Made by a program: the position numbers and the translations under genes. From Octopus sinensis (taxonomy: Eukaryota), in the NCBI RefSeq assembly GCF_006345805.1, contig NC_043003.1:48484001-48548000 (forward strand): a stretch of 64,000 nt of DNA, in the 5' to 3' direction. The notes below the pieces were generated by a model. The model had not been told where the DNA came from. It worked only from the letters and a program-made list of their open reading frames with translations, and did not search any database. This document shows positions 1 to 12,435 of this stretch, in pieces (within the stretch, counting starts at the first letter, position 1; the number at the start of each line of letters is the position of its first letter).

Positions 1-94
1 CATGATTGCAAAATTAACATACCATTTTTTCCCCCTTTGCATTTGCTTTCTTGTAGTTTTCATAACTTAATACACATTCTTCTATCCTTCATAC

Positions 95-487
95 TTGTTT
101 CAGTCATTGGACGGCAGCCATGCCGTGGCACTGCCTTGAAGGATTTAGTCAAATAAATCAATTCCAGGACTTATTTTTAATGTCTGGTACTTAATCTATC
201 AGTTTCTGTTTTTGGTCAGACTGCTAAGTTATGGGGATGTAAACAACAGAACACTTGTTGTCAAGAAGTGGGGCAGATAAAACACAAATACAAATACAAA
301 GACACACACACACACACACACATTTATGAATGGGTTTCCACACAGTTTCCATCTACAAAATTCACTCACAAAGTTTTGGTTGGCCTGGGGCTATAGTAGA
401 TATATGATTTATGTCTAATGTGTACTGTGATTGAACCCAAAACCACATGGTTGCAAAGTGAGCTTCTTAACCACACAGTCATGCCTG
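95..487 (-). mobile_element. SINE family A (tRNA-like head, internal microsatellite, ...ACTGAAACAAGTAAAAGA tail), old copy
   Basis: Diverged match to intact copies at 12436, 28186 and 43905; internal (CA)n. Confidence 0.75.
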
Positions 488-715
488 TACATGTACATAA
501 ATCAGACAGTGTTTCAAGTCAAGTAGATGATTTAACAGACAATAGCAAATCAAGACTCATTGGCTGGAAGATAAATGTGATTATATAAGGAACATGATTC
601 TTTCAAGAATATTGGCAACCCACCTTATGTAACAAAATGCATAATCTGACACATTCATGATAGTCTGTGAAGGCAACAGTAAGTAAATAGGAGAGATTTC
701 AATAAGTTCAGTTAC

Positions 716-759
716 TGTGAAGGGTGAAGAATCTTATGTTTCAGGCTTATGCCATTAGT
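716..759 (-). CDS. Candidate 44-nt exon TNGISLKHKILHPS
   Basis: Very strong acceptor gttctctctttctcattctcag, possible donor CA|gtaact; otherwise the frame reads into TAA. Confidence 0.25.
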
Positions 760-892
760 CTGAGAATGAGAAAGAGAGAACTTATATCCACATGAAACCA
801 TGTCCTCCCTTTCTCTTCTTTGTTCTGACAAAGGGTAAGAGCTTGAAACACTTGATTTTTCACTCCTCATAGCAAGGGGTTGAATTTATTAA

Positions 893-1302
893 CCCTTTTG
901 ATACCTCGCTGCCTGAAACTGGTTCTGTGATACAAACTTATTATACCGTTTTTAATGATCTAAATCAGGGGTTTTCAACAAGGGTCCTAGTAAAGATTTG
1001 AATTTATATGCAATAAATTGGTTGTACTTCTACACTACAGAAAATATCTTAAGTTTTTTTTCTATACAATCCTAATAATATTGAATTATAAAAATATAAT
1101 TTTTAAAACATTGAATGGTTATGGGGGTCCAACTGAGTAAAATAGGAATCAGAGGGGTCCATAGATAAAAAAATGGTTGAAATTAAAATTAAAACATTCC
1201 AGTTTAATAACAATAAAGTTAATTTACCAAATTCTTCATGATTTCCAAAAATGAATTAAAACAAAAGCAGTGTATTTCAACAGAAATATGGTAACAAAAG
1301 GG
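893..1302. mobile_element. TTAA-flanked CCC...GGG MITE (piggyBac-like) with a nested hAT-like MITE at 966-1182
   Basis: TTAA|CCCTTTTGATAC left end, GTAACAAAAGGG|TCAA right end, similar to 18550 and 44843. Insert starts CAGGGGTTTTCAAC and ends GGTTGAAA (truncated TIR). Confidence 0.65.
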
Positions 1303-1599
1303 TCAAAGTCTTCTCAGAACTTGTATATAATTATGATTTGTAGGGGAGAGATATAGCCAACAGAATTTACTTCAGTGCTTTCTTGTTATAATTTTATTGA
1401 ACCCAGGGAAATGAAAAGCCAAGTTGAACCCAATAAAAGGTTTAGATTGAGAAGTAGAAGGGGAATCAATACTCTTAGGTATTTCATCCAATGTTTTACC
1501 ATTTCTGTCACTTCATCATACTCAACCTACTTGTAAGAAAAATACTCAGCAGCAAATGCAAACACACAAAAAAAATAGCAATAAGCAAATGTGGATGGC

Positions 1600-2165
1600 A
1601 ATGGTGTTGACTGGTGATTGAAAGGACCGATGATGGTGGCAATGAAGTTGCTGATAATATTTATGATTGTGATGATGATGATGACGATGATGATGATGAT
1701 GATGGTTGTGGTGGTGACGAAGAAGATGGTAATAAAGATAATAATGATGATAATGATGGTGATGATGATGGTTGTGGTGGTGATGAAGAAGAAGATGGGG
1801 AGAGTTATAATGATGACAATGATGCTTATATGATGATGACAGAGATGGTGATGATGATGATGATGATGATAATGATGATCATGGTGGTGTTGCTGAGGAG
1901 GAAGAAGAAGAAGGTGAGAATGATAATGACGACAAAGATGGTGATGGTGATAATTATTATTATTATGATGATGATGATAGTGAAGAATTGTGATGATGAT
2001 GATGATAAAGAAGAAGACGAAGAAGAATGAGAGGAAGAAGAAGAAGGTGTTAATGATAATGATAACAAGGATGATTATAATAATGATAGTTGTGATACTG
2101 TGATGATAAAAATGGTGACAGTGATAATAATGATGATGATTATAGATGGTGATGACTGATAATGA
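1600..2165. repeat. Degenerate (GAT/GGT/AAT/GAA)n trinucleotide array
   Basis: Visible low complexity; source of ORFs 1614-2030, 1618-1833 and 1826-2068. Confidence 0.95.
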
Positions 2166-2337
2166 GATGATATATACAGATTGGCCATAAATTACCTTTA
2201 CAATTTGAAAAGTACAGAAAAAAAAAGGATGACTCAGCAGAATTTATTGGAAAACACAAATAAAGTTTTATTAGAAATATCAGAATACTTCCAGATGGGT
2301 ATTCAAATTGTAAAAGTAATTTATGTCACCCTGTATA

Positions 2338-2552
2338 TATGATGATGACGACAATGATGATGATAATGATGATGATGGTGGTGGTGGTTGTAGTGATGCC
2401 AGTGTTGAAATGATGGTGGTGATGATGATGATGCTGCTGCTGATGGCAATGATGATGCTGATGATTCTGATGATGGTGATGTTCTAGATGATGATCCTGA
2501 TGATGATGATGGTGGTGGTGGTGATAATGATGATGATGATGATGATTATGAT
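2338..2552. repeat. (GAT/GGT)n array
   Basis: Visible low complexity. Confidence 0.95.
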
Positions 2553-2888
2553 AATAAAGCAACTGGAAGATTAAAAAAAAAAAAATTTTTCCATGATGGT
2601 GGTCATATGGGCAAAGCGATTAAGAAAGAAAACTTGCAAAAAGCCAAAAGAAGCAAAAAAATGTGGAGATGAAGAGATTTATGAGCAGGAGAGGCACGCC
2701 TTTTTGACATTTTTTTTTCAATCTTTTGAGAGATATGAGGCTTGGAAGGAGCTCTTAAACAAAAGTATGAAGAACAGGGAGCAGAATGTGGGGCCTCCTA
2801 TTTGAATAAATAGGAAAAGAAAACAAGGAAAAGGTGCAAGGTAACTGGTAGACAAGAGGCATGCGAAACATTGAAGATGGCTACAAAC

Positions 2889-3032
2889 CAAATATGCCAT
2901 GGTCAAAGGTGTGCAGGAGGCCTGCTGATGCAAGGGTTGTTGAGTCATAAATATATTATCAGCAGATTTACTGCAGCCTGTGTTTTTGCTAGACATATGA
3001 AGTTCATCTTTTGATGACCTAAAGTCTAAAAC
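2889..3032 (-). CDS. Candidate 144-nt exon VLDFRSSKDELHMSSKNTGCSKSADNIFMTQQPLHQQASCTPLTMAYL
   Basis: Strong acceptor tttctcattctttattggcag, weak donor TTG|gtttgt, phase 0-0; inside track ORF 2718-3062. Confidence 0.4.
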
Positions 3033-4303
3033 CTGCCAATAAAGAATGAGAAACTGCAACATTAATATTGTCCAAAACTTTCATGAACTGTGTCTCTGTA
3101 AAGATTTTTTTTTTAAAAGATGTGGTGACAGTGTTCGTAGATGGTATGTAAGAAAATGAATGAAAACAAATGAAAAATGACAATGGTCTGTTTTGTTTGC
3201 TCCCCACATCTTATGGTAGGTTTTTTAAAATATACATTGCAATGAAAATGTTTTTAGAGAGTTATCACTCCTATCTTAAAGCAATTCTAAATACACTCAT
3301 ATATTCTCTGGCATATTACATAATATATATGAACTATAACCTGTCATTATAGAACTAGCTAGCCTTCTTTGATCGTTGTACTACTAAAAATCAGGCCCTC
3401 TTCCAGGTTATAGCGAGTACAAAATATGTTTGTTAAATGGTGAATAGAACTTGAGAAAGGTAAACTAGTCTTAATGTATGTCCATCTGTATATGTATGTA
3501 CATATATAGTTAATGTCGTAAGAATTCAGAAATTTTGAGAGAACACGAAACAGTTCTTTTTTGGAGTGGTGAAACCTGAAACAGATAAAGTTATGAATAA
3601 TATTTACATGCTATTACTTATGGTTTCAACTTTCACCACTCCAAAAAAAGAAACAAAATTTTATATACATACACATATTTATACATGTCAATATATTAAT
3701 ATTTGCTTTTATTTATAGTAATATATAAAAACAGAGGGACATTAACTGAAGGATCACCAAATATATTTTAGTAGAGTACCACATTTAATTTTACAAGATT
3801 GATAGTGACTTCGAAGTTCTATCAGTGATTGGTATTATCAGATAATTCTGATGAATTCAATAACTGGAGACACTTCAAAGTCATTTTCAAACTTTTCCTT
3901 ATAAAAATGCATAAATACATAAATGCATCCATACATAACTCACACACACACACACACATATGGAGGTGTATAATATCTCAGTTTTATCATCATTGTATTG
4001 ACTATCCTCTATCTCTTCACTTTCTTCCGTCTGTGCCTCTCTCTTTCCTTTCCATAAACATGCAAGGCCATGTGACTATCTATATTCACTGGCAAAGAGT
4101 TAAAGTTATATAACATTAACATGCTTGTACCTAACAACTAACAAACTGTGAGTGGCAGAAGCAAGATGAGAATTTTAAATTCAGTATCTCAATTTTATTA
4201 TCTTTATATTATATATCACTCTGCTACCTCACTTCACTCTTTCATTTATAAACACAGGCTGTTTTTATATGCAGTGTAGCATGTTTTGAGATGGTATACC
4301 CAC

Positions 4304-4381
4304 CTGTCTGACTCCCCACTTAAGCATGACAACTTCCTCATGAGTATTTGAGAATGTTTTGATATGCACTTCTATGTAACA
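4304..4381 (-). CDS. Candidate 78-nt exon CYIEVHIKTFSNTHEEVVMLKWGVRQ
   Basis: Acceptor gctttctctacag, donor CAG|gtgggt, open only in phase 0 (0-0). No homology recognised. Confidence 0.4.
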
Positions 4382-4511
4382 CTGTAGAGAAAGCTGTATT
4401 CTTAATCACACAGGATACCCTTGAAAAGTTTCTGTCTCTACCCTTGCCCATAAAATGGAACCAGCCTTTTTTAGTGAAGTTATACTAGATCATCAAGATG
4501 TCCCACTAGTC

Positions 4512-5078
4512 CAGTACTCTGCAGTTGGTATGCTGTGGCACACAGGTGTGCCACAAGATGATGCAAGGTGTGCCATGGTGTAACCCAGATATAACTTTTT
4601 TCTCCATACTTTTATTTCGTATTTGGATTTGGTTTGCAAGTTTCTTTATATGAGTTCATGTGTTGAAGCATATTCTGTTGTGTCTGGGGAGAGTCATTCT
4701 CTTTTTGTGCCTTATAATTTAACACACTCACCAGTAAAATTTCCACTTGTTTCTAATTTTTATTTTCCTAAAATTTTCGTTGCGTCTTGCAACCTTTTCA
4801 ATAGTCTTGACTCTGTCCGTTATTTACACTGCGTTCCTTTTATATATGAACTATATATATTTCGTTGCAAGACGCAACGAAAATTTTAGGAAAATAAAAA
4901 TAAGAAATAAGTGGAAATTTTACTGGTGAGTGTGTTAAATTATAAAGCACAAAAAGAAAATGACTCTCCCCAGACACAACAGTCTATACTTTTAATTATG
5001 TATTTAGATCACGTGTACTGCTGAATTTTAAAAAGAATATAAATGTACTGCAAGTAAAAAAAAGGTTGCAGAGCACTG
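4512..5078. mobile_element. hAT (Charlie/Buster-type) MITE containing a nested fold-back element
   Basis: TIRs CAGTACTCTGCA / TGCAGAGCACTG; 8-bp TSD CACTAGTC (4504-4511) vs CTCTAGTC (5079-5086), with central TA. Confidence 0.8.
4615..4985. mobile_element. Fold-back element, about 119-bp inverted arms, with degenerate hammerhead motif
   Basis: Arms 4675-4793 and 4864-4982; flanking direct repeat ATACTTTTA at 4606-4614 and 4986-4994. Confidence 0.8.
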
Positions 5079-6451
5079 CTCTAGTCTGAGGCTGAGGCTA
5101 TCCCTTACATCGATGGGAAGTATGATTGAGATGTGGACATTCTAAGTTGCATTGTAGGCAATTTTTCTAGGAGGGTGGTAACTTCTAATAAGAACTAACA
5201 CAAGGTAAAGAGAGCATTTTAGTCCTCCATGTATGGGTCAATCTTTATGGTGCCAGTAGTATGATAAAACACACCAAGGACATTCTGCAACGTGATTGGT
5301 GATAGGAAGAGCATCCAGTCATAGAAACCACTTCAGAAATAACTTGTGAAAATAAAACATGGACTCTGCAAGCCAAGCTGAATCACATGAAACTCATCTA
5401 GAGCAATAATTCTGAATAAAAACTCATACAGGATAGAAGGAAACTCTTTAGTTCTGCTCTCATGAGACAACCTGGTCTTGGTGTCACAATAAAATGCATC
5501 CGAAATATATACAAACACCAAAGCTTGCTGTTTTTTTCAGTTGCTCTATAAGCAAAATAATGCAGATAGTGACAATCCTGACAACTCATCCAACCCATGC
5601 TAACATGGAAAAGCAAACATAAGATGATGATGATGGTGATACACATATGAATTAGAGTATTTAGGCATGTCCCGTTAGTTACATTATAAAACTAATTAAG
5701 TTAGTGAAGTGGTCGGCATTAGGAAGGACATCCAGCCATAGAAATCATGCCAAAATAGATATGAGAGCATGATGTAGCCCTTGGGCCCACTGGATCCTGT
5801 CAAACCGTCCAACCCATGCCAGCATGGAACATGAATGTTTAAATGATGATGATGATGAACTTTCTGAGAGACCCTTTAATATAATCTTTGGAGGTTGAAC
5901 TGATTAAGATACAATGTTTGTGTGTGCAAGCATGTGTTTGTTTATACACACACACACATATATGTAATATACATTGCTAATGATGAGGTTAATAGACAAA
6001 AAAATTATTAACAAATTTTATCAGATATTTAATGGATATTATGAGTTAAATGCATGACCAAAGATAGCCTTAATTATGAAATGTTCACAAGGCATTATAA
6101 GTTGTCTGTTGTGAAGAGGAGAGCTCTGACTTTATCAAGTAGGGGCCTTTTCTGATGGAACAGCCTGTAAGCAGCAAACTAACAGTAGGGCCCAAACCAC
6201 TAAGTTTCAGGGGCATAAACAATACCATTTGTCAAGCGGTGTGGGGATGAATAGATATATATAAAAACACACACAAAGACGCACATGCATGCACATGCAC
6301 GCACATACACACAATTACACAAACATGCTGAGTTCTTTTCAGAGAAAGGCCCGATAAACAGCTAACAAACAGTAGGGCTCTTTGCCAATAAAGACACTTT
6401 AAAGAGGGAAAATAACTCGGACAAAAAGCTATTTAAAATGAATTAACTTAC

Positions 6452-6478
6452 ATCAAGGGTTTTCTTCAATGAAAGACC
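6452..6478 (-). CDS. Candidate 27-nt exon GLSLKKTLD of the same gene
   Basis: Acceptor taattttcctgtttaaag, donor GAT|gtaagt, phase 0-0. No homology recognised. Confidence 0.3.
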
Positions 6479-6801
6479 CTTTAAACAGGAAAATTAAATT
6501 ACAGTAAGGCATTTCTCCAATGAAATGATTTGCAAACACTAACCTGACTTTTCTTCTTAATTTTTTTGCACTTAATATTAACCAAGAACATCATTAGTTT
6601 TCTCAGACGGTACTGTTTCACTTGAGTTTATTGTTTTATATTTTTTACAAAATCTTTTACAGAGTTTTTAGAGTGTGCATCTAAATTAAGGAGGCACTTA
6701 CTGATATTATCTAGTGAGTAGTTACTTAGCTTATGAATTGTAGACTTTTAATATCTTAGCAATTTAAAGTTGAATATAAATCTTACTGGTATTCATATAT
6801 T

Positions 6802-7187
6802 CTTTTCTACTCTGGGCACAAAGCCCAAAATTTTTGGTGAGGGTACCAGTTGATTAGATCGACCCCAGTACACAACTGGTACTTAATTTATTGACCCCTG
6901 AAAGGATGAAAGGCAAAGTCGACCTTAGTGGAATTTGAACTCAGAACATAAAGACAGACGAAATACCGGTAAGCATTTTGCCTGGCATGCTAAACATAGA
7001 GGGGACAAACAAGGACAGACAAATGGATTAAGTCAATTATATTGACCCCCAGTGTGTAACTGGTACTTATTTAAGGATGAAAGGCAAAGTCGACTTTGGT
7101 GGAATTTGAACTCAGAACGTAGTGGCAGACGAAATACCTCTAAGCATTTCGCTCGGCGTGCTAACAATTCTGCCAGCTCGCCACCTT
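6802..7187 (-). mobile_element. SINE family B (GGCGAGCTGGCAGAA head) tandem dimer with 16-bp TSD
   Basis: CTGGTATTCATATATT at 6786-6801 and 7188-7203; two head/body units. Confidence 0.85.
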
Positions 7188-7214
7188 CTGGTATTCATAT
7201 ATTACTGATATGAA

Positions 7215-7428
7215 GGTAGCAAGCTGGCTAGATCATTAGCATGCCAAACAAAATGTTTAGAGTTCATCTCTATATTTGGAGTTCAAATTCCTCCGAGGTA
7301 GACTTTGCCTTTCATCCTTTCAAGTTTGATAAAATAAGTACTAGTCAAGTACTGGGGTTAATGTAATCAACATCTCATCCCTTCAAAAACTGTCAGTCTC
7401 ATGTCAAAATGTGAAACCATTATCTATA
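7215..7428 (+). mobile_element. SINE family B, diverged
   Basis: AAGCTGGC head, GAGTTCAAATTCC B-box-like motif, GACTTTGCCTTTCATCCTTT body. Confidence 0.75.
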
Positions 7429-7794
7429 TGTTATTGTAATCTCAAATGTGTTACATAAGTTGTGATTCTTTCTAACAGCAAATTTTGTAGGGCACGAGTT
7501 AATAAGAACTCAACAGACAAAGTACAAGGAGAAGGCCTGACAATTGGGAATTTATATGTAGCAACATATTCCCTCTCAATAAGGACTTAAAGAAAATATA
7601 TTTTATTTCTTTGTCAATGGTTTTACAATGGCCACTAACATGCTCACTTTGCAACCATATGGTTTCATGTTTAATCCCACTGCATGGCACCTTGGGCAAG
7701 TATCTTCTACTAAAGACCAGTACTTTGTGAGTAGGGACGTGCTGCCTGGGTAGGCAAGGTAGGCAGTGCCTACCCTGAATAAAATAAATCATTT

Positions 7795-8112
7795 TCATCA
7801 TCGTTTAACGTCTGCTTTCCATGCTAGCATGGGTTGGACAATTTGACTGAGGACTGGTGAACCAGATGGCTGCACCAGGCTCCAATCCGAACTGGCAGAG
7901 TTTCTACAGCTGGATGCCCTTCCTAACGCCAACCACTCCGAGAGTGTAGGGGTGCTTTTACGTGCCACTGGCACAAGGGCCAGTCAGGCGGTACTGGCAA
8001 TGGCCACGCTCAAACAGTGTTTTTTATGTGCTACCTGCACAGGAGCCAGTCCAGCAGCACTGGCAATAACCTCACTTGAATGGTTTTTTCATGTTCCACT
8101 AGCACAAGTGCC
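7795..8112 (-). mobile_element. RTE LINE 3' end with UTR tandem units
   Basis: Reverse complement of the tail attached to RTE ORF ends at 52150 and 53278. Confidence 0.85.
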
Positions 8113-8121
8113 AATCGACTC

Positions 8122-8256
8122 CAGAATTTATTCTTTGTAAGCCTAGTACTTATTCTATTGGTCTCTTTTGCCAAACTGCTAAGTTACGGGGGATGTAAAC
8201 ACACCAGCATCGGTTGTCAAGAGATGCTGGGGGGACAAACACAGACACACAAACAT

Positions 8257-8304
<48 letters not shown>

Positions 8305-8463
8305 GACGGGCTTCTTTCAGTTTCTGTCTACCAAATTCACTCACAAGGCTTTGGTTGGCCTGAGGCTATAGTAGAAAACACTTGCCCAAGGTGCCACGCA
8401 GTGACACTAAACCCGGAACCATGTGGTTCATAAGCAAGTTACTTACCACACAGCCACTCCTAC
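8122..8463 (-). mobile_element. SINE family A with (TA)n core
   Basis: Matches family consensus from 12436 and 43905. Confidence 0.85.
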
Positions 8464-10262
8464 ACCAAGGATGTTGATGATGATGATGATGATAATCATT
8501 TATGTATTGCTTGTGGTACATTTGTTTTTTAGGGAAGTGAGAAAAGAGCTCACAGCTTGGTAATGCTCCATATGAAACAGGTGGAGTGAGACGCTTGTGA
8601 TGAGACTGATTGGTTGATGGATGCTGGTATGATTAGATGCTGCATTAAAGAGCTACAGGATAATCAAGTTGGTTTTAGTTTTGTGCAATGTTGATAGGGT
8701 TAGGGTTACAAGTTGATGAGAATTAAGATTACAAACTGATGGAAGTTAGAGCTGCTAAGCAAATTATGAGTGTTAAAAGATGATTTGGAACTAAGATTTA
8801 TGTGCTAACGTACTGCATAAGAAACTTGTGAAAGTACTAAATACTGCTACTGTTAAATACACAGGTTTAGTGGTACATACATACATACATACATATGTTT
8901 GTGTGTATATTAATGTTTGTTTTTATGTTTAGTTATAATAAAAACAATTTTACATTAATCTGAAGGGTTACTCTGTACTCTTGTAGAGTACAAATTTATT
9001 ATTCTTATGCAAGAATGTTGTTGACAGTGACTTCGAAGTTCCAGCAAGCTAGGCCACTGTCGTCCAATGATTGTTTAGCTGTCTGAAACTTTGAAGCCAG
9101 TGTCAACAGTATTCTTGTTTAGACACACAAACACACACACATACATTATTCTTAAACAATATATATATATGTATATATATACTGATTATATAACCTTAGA
9201 TCTAAAGGAATCAGATATCAAATGTATGTAGTAGTTTAGTATAAATGAAGAAATATATATTTGCTCATACTTGTAAATATGCATGAATATAAAAATAAGT
9301 ACACGTACACTCACAAACATATATGTATGAGTTATATATGTATCAATTTCTTGGAGAAGACAGAGGGAACTTTTTGGGAAAGGAGTTGAATACATAGCTG
9401 ATTAAATTGGTATTAGTGTATTGCTTGTACTTATTTTACTTCCTTCACCCTTGGTGGAATTAGACATAAATCTGTCATGATTTAGAAAAGAATATATATT
9501 ATCAAAAATAAAGGCTACTGTTCTGTTACTTCTTGTATTTCACAACTTTTTGCAGATATATTAGAATTATGAATATTTATACAGCTATACATGTATAATC
9601 CTTTAACCCATATTAAAAATAAATATACTTACATGAATATAAAACACACACACACACATATATATATACAAATGTGTAGGTATGGTTCAATGGAAATAAT
9701 CAGTGGTATAATATAGGTATTAAAACAAGAATAAATTACTGAATATCATAAAAATGTCAACTGGAAGATTGTTTCAGGAGATATTTAAATGTAATTATAG
9801 TGTGGGGTTTGTAAGAGAAAATATGAAATATATTGAAACAGAAGAGGTATATAATTAGTACACATTGCAAATCATATTATTGACACACACACAGAGGCAC
9901 ATGTGCACAGAACAGCCACATGTACACACACACACACACACATGGTAACAGAGGGTACTCAACCCTATAATTTCACTGTGGTTTTTGGTGCATTACAGAT
10001 CTGATAGAAAGTGATGGCCACTACAGAATACAACATTTTGATCAGTAAAATTCTATGTATATATATATATATTAATATTCAATTTTATTAATAGATTTCT
10101 TGCCAATAGAGAAAGAGCCAGTTTCTAGTGTAGATTCAAGGCTTCTTCATTGGAATTTTAAGCATCAACAAATGTATTTGTGCATGTTTGTGGGTATATA
10201 TATGTATGTAGGTACTTATGTATGTTGTGTAGGTACTTATGTATGTTATATTATGTATGTAT

Positions 10263-10566
10263 GCACCATCCGAATGTGGCCGATGCCAGCGCTGCCTTGA
10301 CTGGCGTTCGTTCCGGTGGCACGTAAAAAAGCACCAATCAATTGTGGCCGTTGCCAGCCTCCTCTGGCACCTGTGCTGGTGGCACGTAAAAAGCACCCAC
10401 ACCACTCAGAGAGTGGTTGGCATTAGGAAGGGCATCCATCTGTAGAAACACTGCCAGATCAGACTGGTGCCTGGTGCAGTCTCCTGGCTTCCCAGACCCT
10501 GGTCGAACCATCCAACCCATACTAGCATGGAAAACGGATGTTAAATGATGATGATGATGATGATGC
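10263..10566 (+). mobile_element. RTE LINE 3' end with (GAT)n tail
   Basis: GTGGCACGTAAAAAGCACC units, GTGGTTGGCATTAGGAAGGGCATCC, (GAT)n. Confidence 0.85.
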
Positions 10567-10964
10567 TATGTATAGATGTATGCATGCATGTATGTATGTA
10601 TGTCAATATTCAGTTTTATTAAAAAATTTCTTGTCAGTAGAGAAAGAGCTGGTTTCTAACCTAGATCCAAGGTTCCTTCATTGGAATTTCAACAACATCA
10701 AGATACTTTTGCATGTGTATGTGTTTATTTGTATGTTCTGTTTAATGTAAGTATTCTTACATTAGACTATGCCCATGCTGGGGCACTGCTTTGAAGAGTT
10801 TTAGTAGAAATTGACATCAGGATTTATTTTTTAAAGCCTAGTACTTATTCTATCAGTGTCTTTTGCTGAACTGCTAAGTTATGGGGACATAAACACACCA
10901 ACACTGGTTGTCAAGTGGTGGTGGTGGTGGTGGGGAGGGGACAAACACATACACACACACATAT

Positions 10965-11538
10965 ATTGAGTCATCCTATAAATAATGTTTTTTTTTATAC
11001 TTTAATTTTCAAAATTAAGATAAACAAAATTCGTTTTTAATTTAAAATATACTCTCCTTCATTTTCTACAATGCTCTTCTATCTATTTGGTAGACTTACA
11101 AGACTCCTCTTCCAATACTTGTCCATGACAAAAAATACACCCCCAGTACTGTTCTCACCTTTTCTACAGAATTCATATTTTTTTCTGTCCAACTGAACTA
11201 GAAGACTGTGGAATAAATGATAATCAGATGGGGCAATGTCCAGCAAATATAGTGGGTGGGTATTGTTTTCCATTCAAATGGCTCCTGCCTTTGGAATATC
11301 AATCTCGTTGTATGTAGCCAAGCATTATCCTGATGAAACAACACCTTTCACCTTGAAACCAAAGATATTGTTTTTCTTCTAGTGCTGACTTAAGCCGCTC
11401 AAGCTGCTTGCAGTAGATCTCCTTTGTTACCATTCGGTTTGCATTTAAAAGTTCAAAGTAGGCTAAATCTTTCATATCCCACCAAACACAAAACAACACC
11501 ATAAGTGGGTGAAGACCTTCTTTAGCCTGGGGTGCCAA
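10965..11538 (-). pseudogene. Mariner transposase relic (3' half plus right TIR) inserted into a family A SINE
   Basis: GLHP..V..CVWWD...YFELL and HP.Y..DIAPSDYHLF.SL motifs (ORFs 11299-11538, 11079-11273). End TATTGAGTCATCCTATAAATAATG matches the 55937 end. SINE halves at 10760-10963 and 11555-11610. Confidence 0.9.
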
Positions 11539-12435
11539 TGTTTCTCCTTTCCCTACCCACTGAACCTGGGACCATGTGATTGGGAAGCAGGCTTCTTACC
11601 ACACAACCACATTTTTTACATTTGTTTTTCTGTATTACTGTAAGTTGGATGAATATATATACCAATATTAATGATGCATTGTTTTATGGCTAGATGCTTT
11701 TCCTGCCATTAACCCTTATCTATTTTCCAAGTTTTCAAATAAGGGACTTTTTGTTATTTCACTCAGTTTTGAAGGCACAGAGCCAGAAGCCAGTTTTCTT
11801 GACAGGGAACGTCTGCACACCTTACAGATTGTTTTAGCTTAATGCTTTCATGTAAAGCTCAGAAAGTATACAATCATACAAGCACACACATGCATGCATG
11901 CACATATACACACAACAGGTTTCCATACAGTTTTTCTCTACTAATTTTACTCCCCACCAAAAAGTCATAATGAAACTATAATAGAAGACACCCAAAGTGG
12001 TGCATTCTGAGTTTGAAACCAGGACTACTTGGTAACAAAGCAAACTCTGTATCCACATAATAATGCCTGCACAAGCCCTCCATCAAGGAGAGCAAGAAGG
12101 CAGAAGAGATTCTTTAGGCCTCCTTGCACATGACAACCTCTCTACTGTTGGTGGTCTTAGAAAATGCACCCAGCACACAACAAAATAGTTGGTGAAATGA
12201 AGAGCATGAGCCATAGAAACCATACCAAACGTAGAATGTATGAAGAAGACTTGAACATATCAAGTCACATCAAAAGATACCATCTAAGAGGGTAATAAAT
12301 TGGGATAAGAATTAATACAGGGTACTTGGAAACGGGTTCAGTGTGGCAACAAGAAAAGCATCTAGCCATAGTAAATCTGCCTCAATAAACTATGCAAGCA
12401 TAGAAAAGTGTACAGGGTCCCTCCACAGAATAGAC

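Noticed and set aside
1614-2562. Asp/Met/His-rich ORFs
   Set aside because: Translations of GAT/GGT microsatellite arrays, open in several frames on both strands, with no splice or domain support.
3553-3654. 30-bp inverted repeat as a ribozyme-bearing fold-back
   Set aside because: The inverted repeat is real (3553-3582 and 3623-3654) but no hammerhead core or TSD could be identified.
8696-8708. TTAGGG telomere-like motif
   Set aside because: Only two units; expected by chance.
8520-8870. Possible LINE endonuclease relic
   Set aside because: Only a vague FNTHN resemblance; no catalytic motif recoverable.
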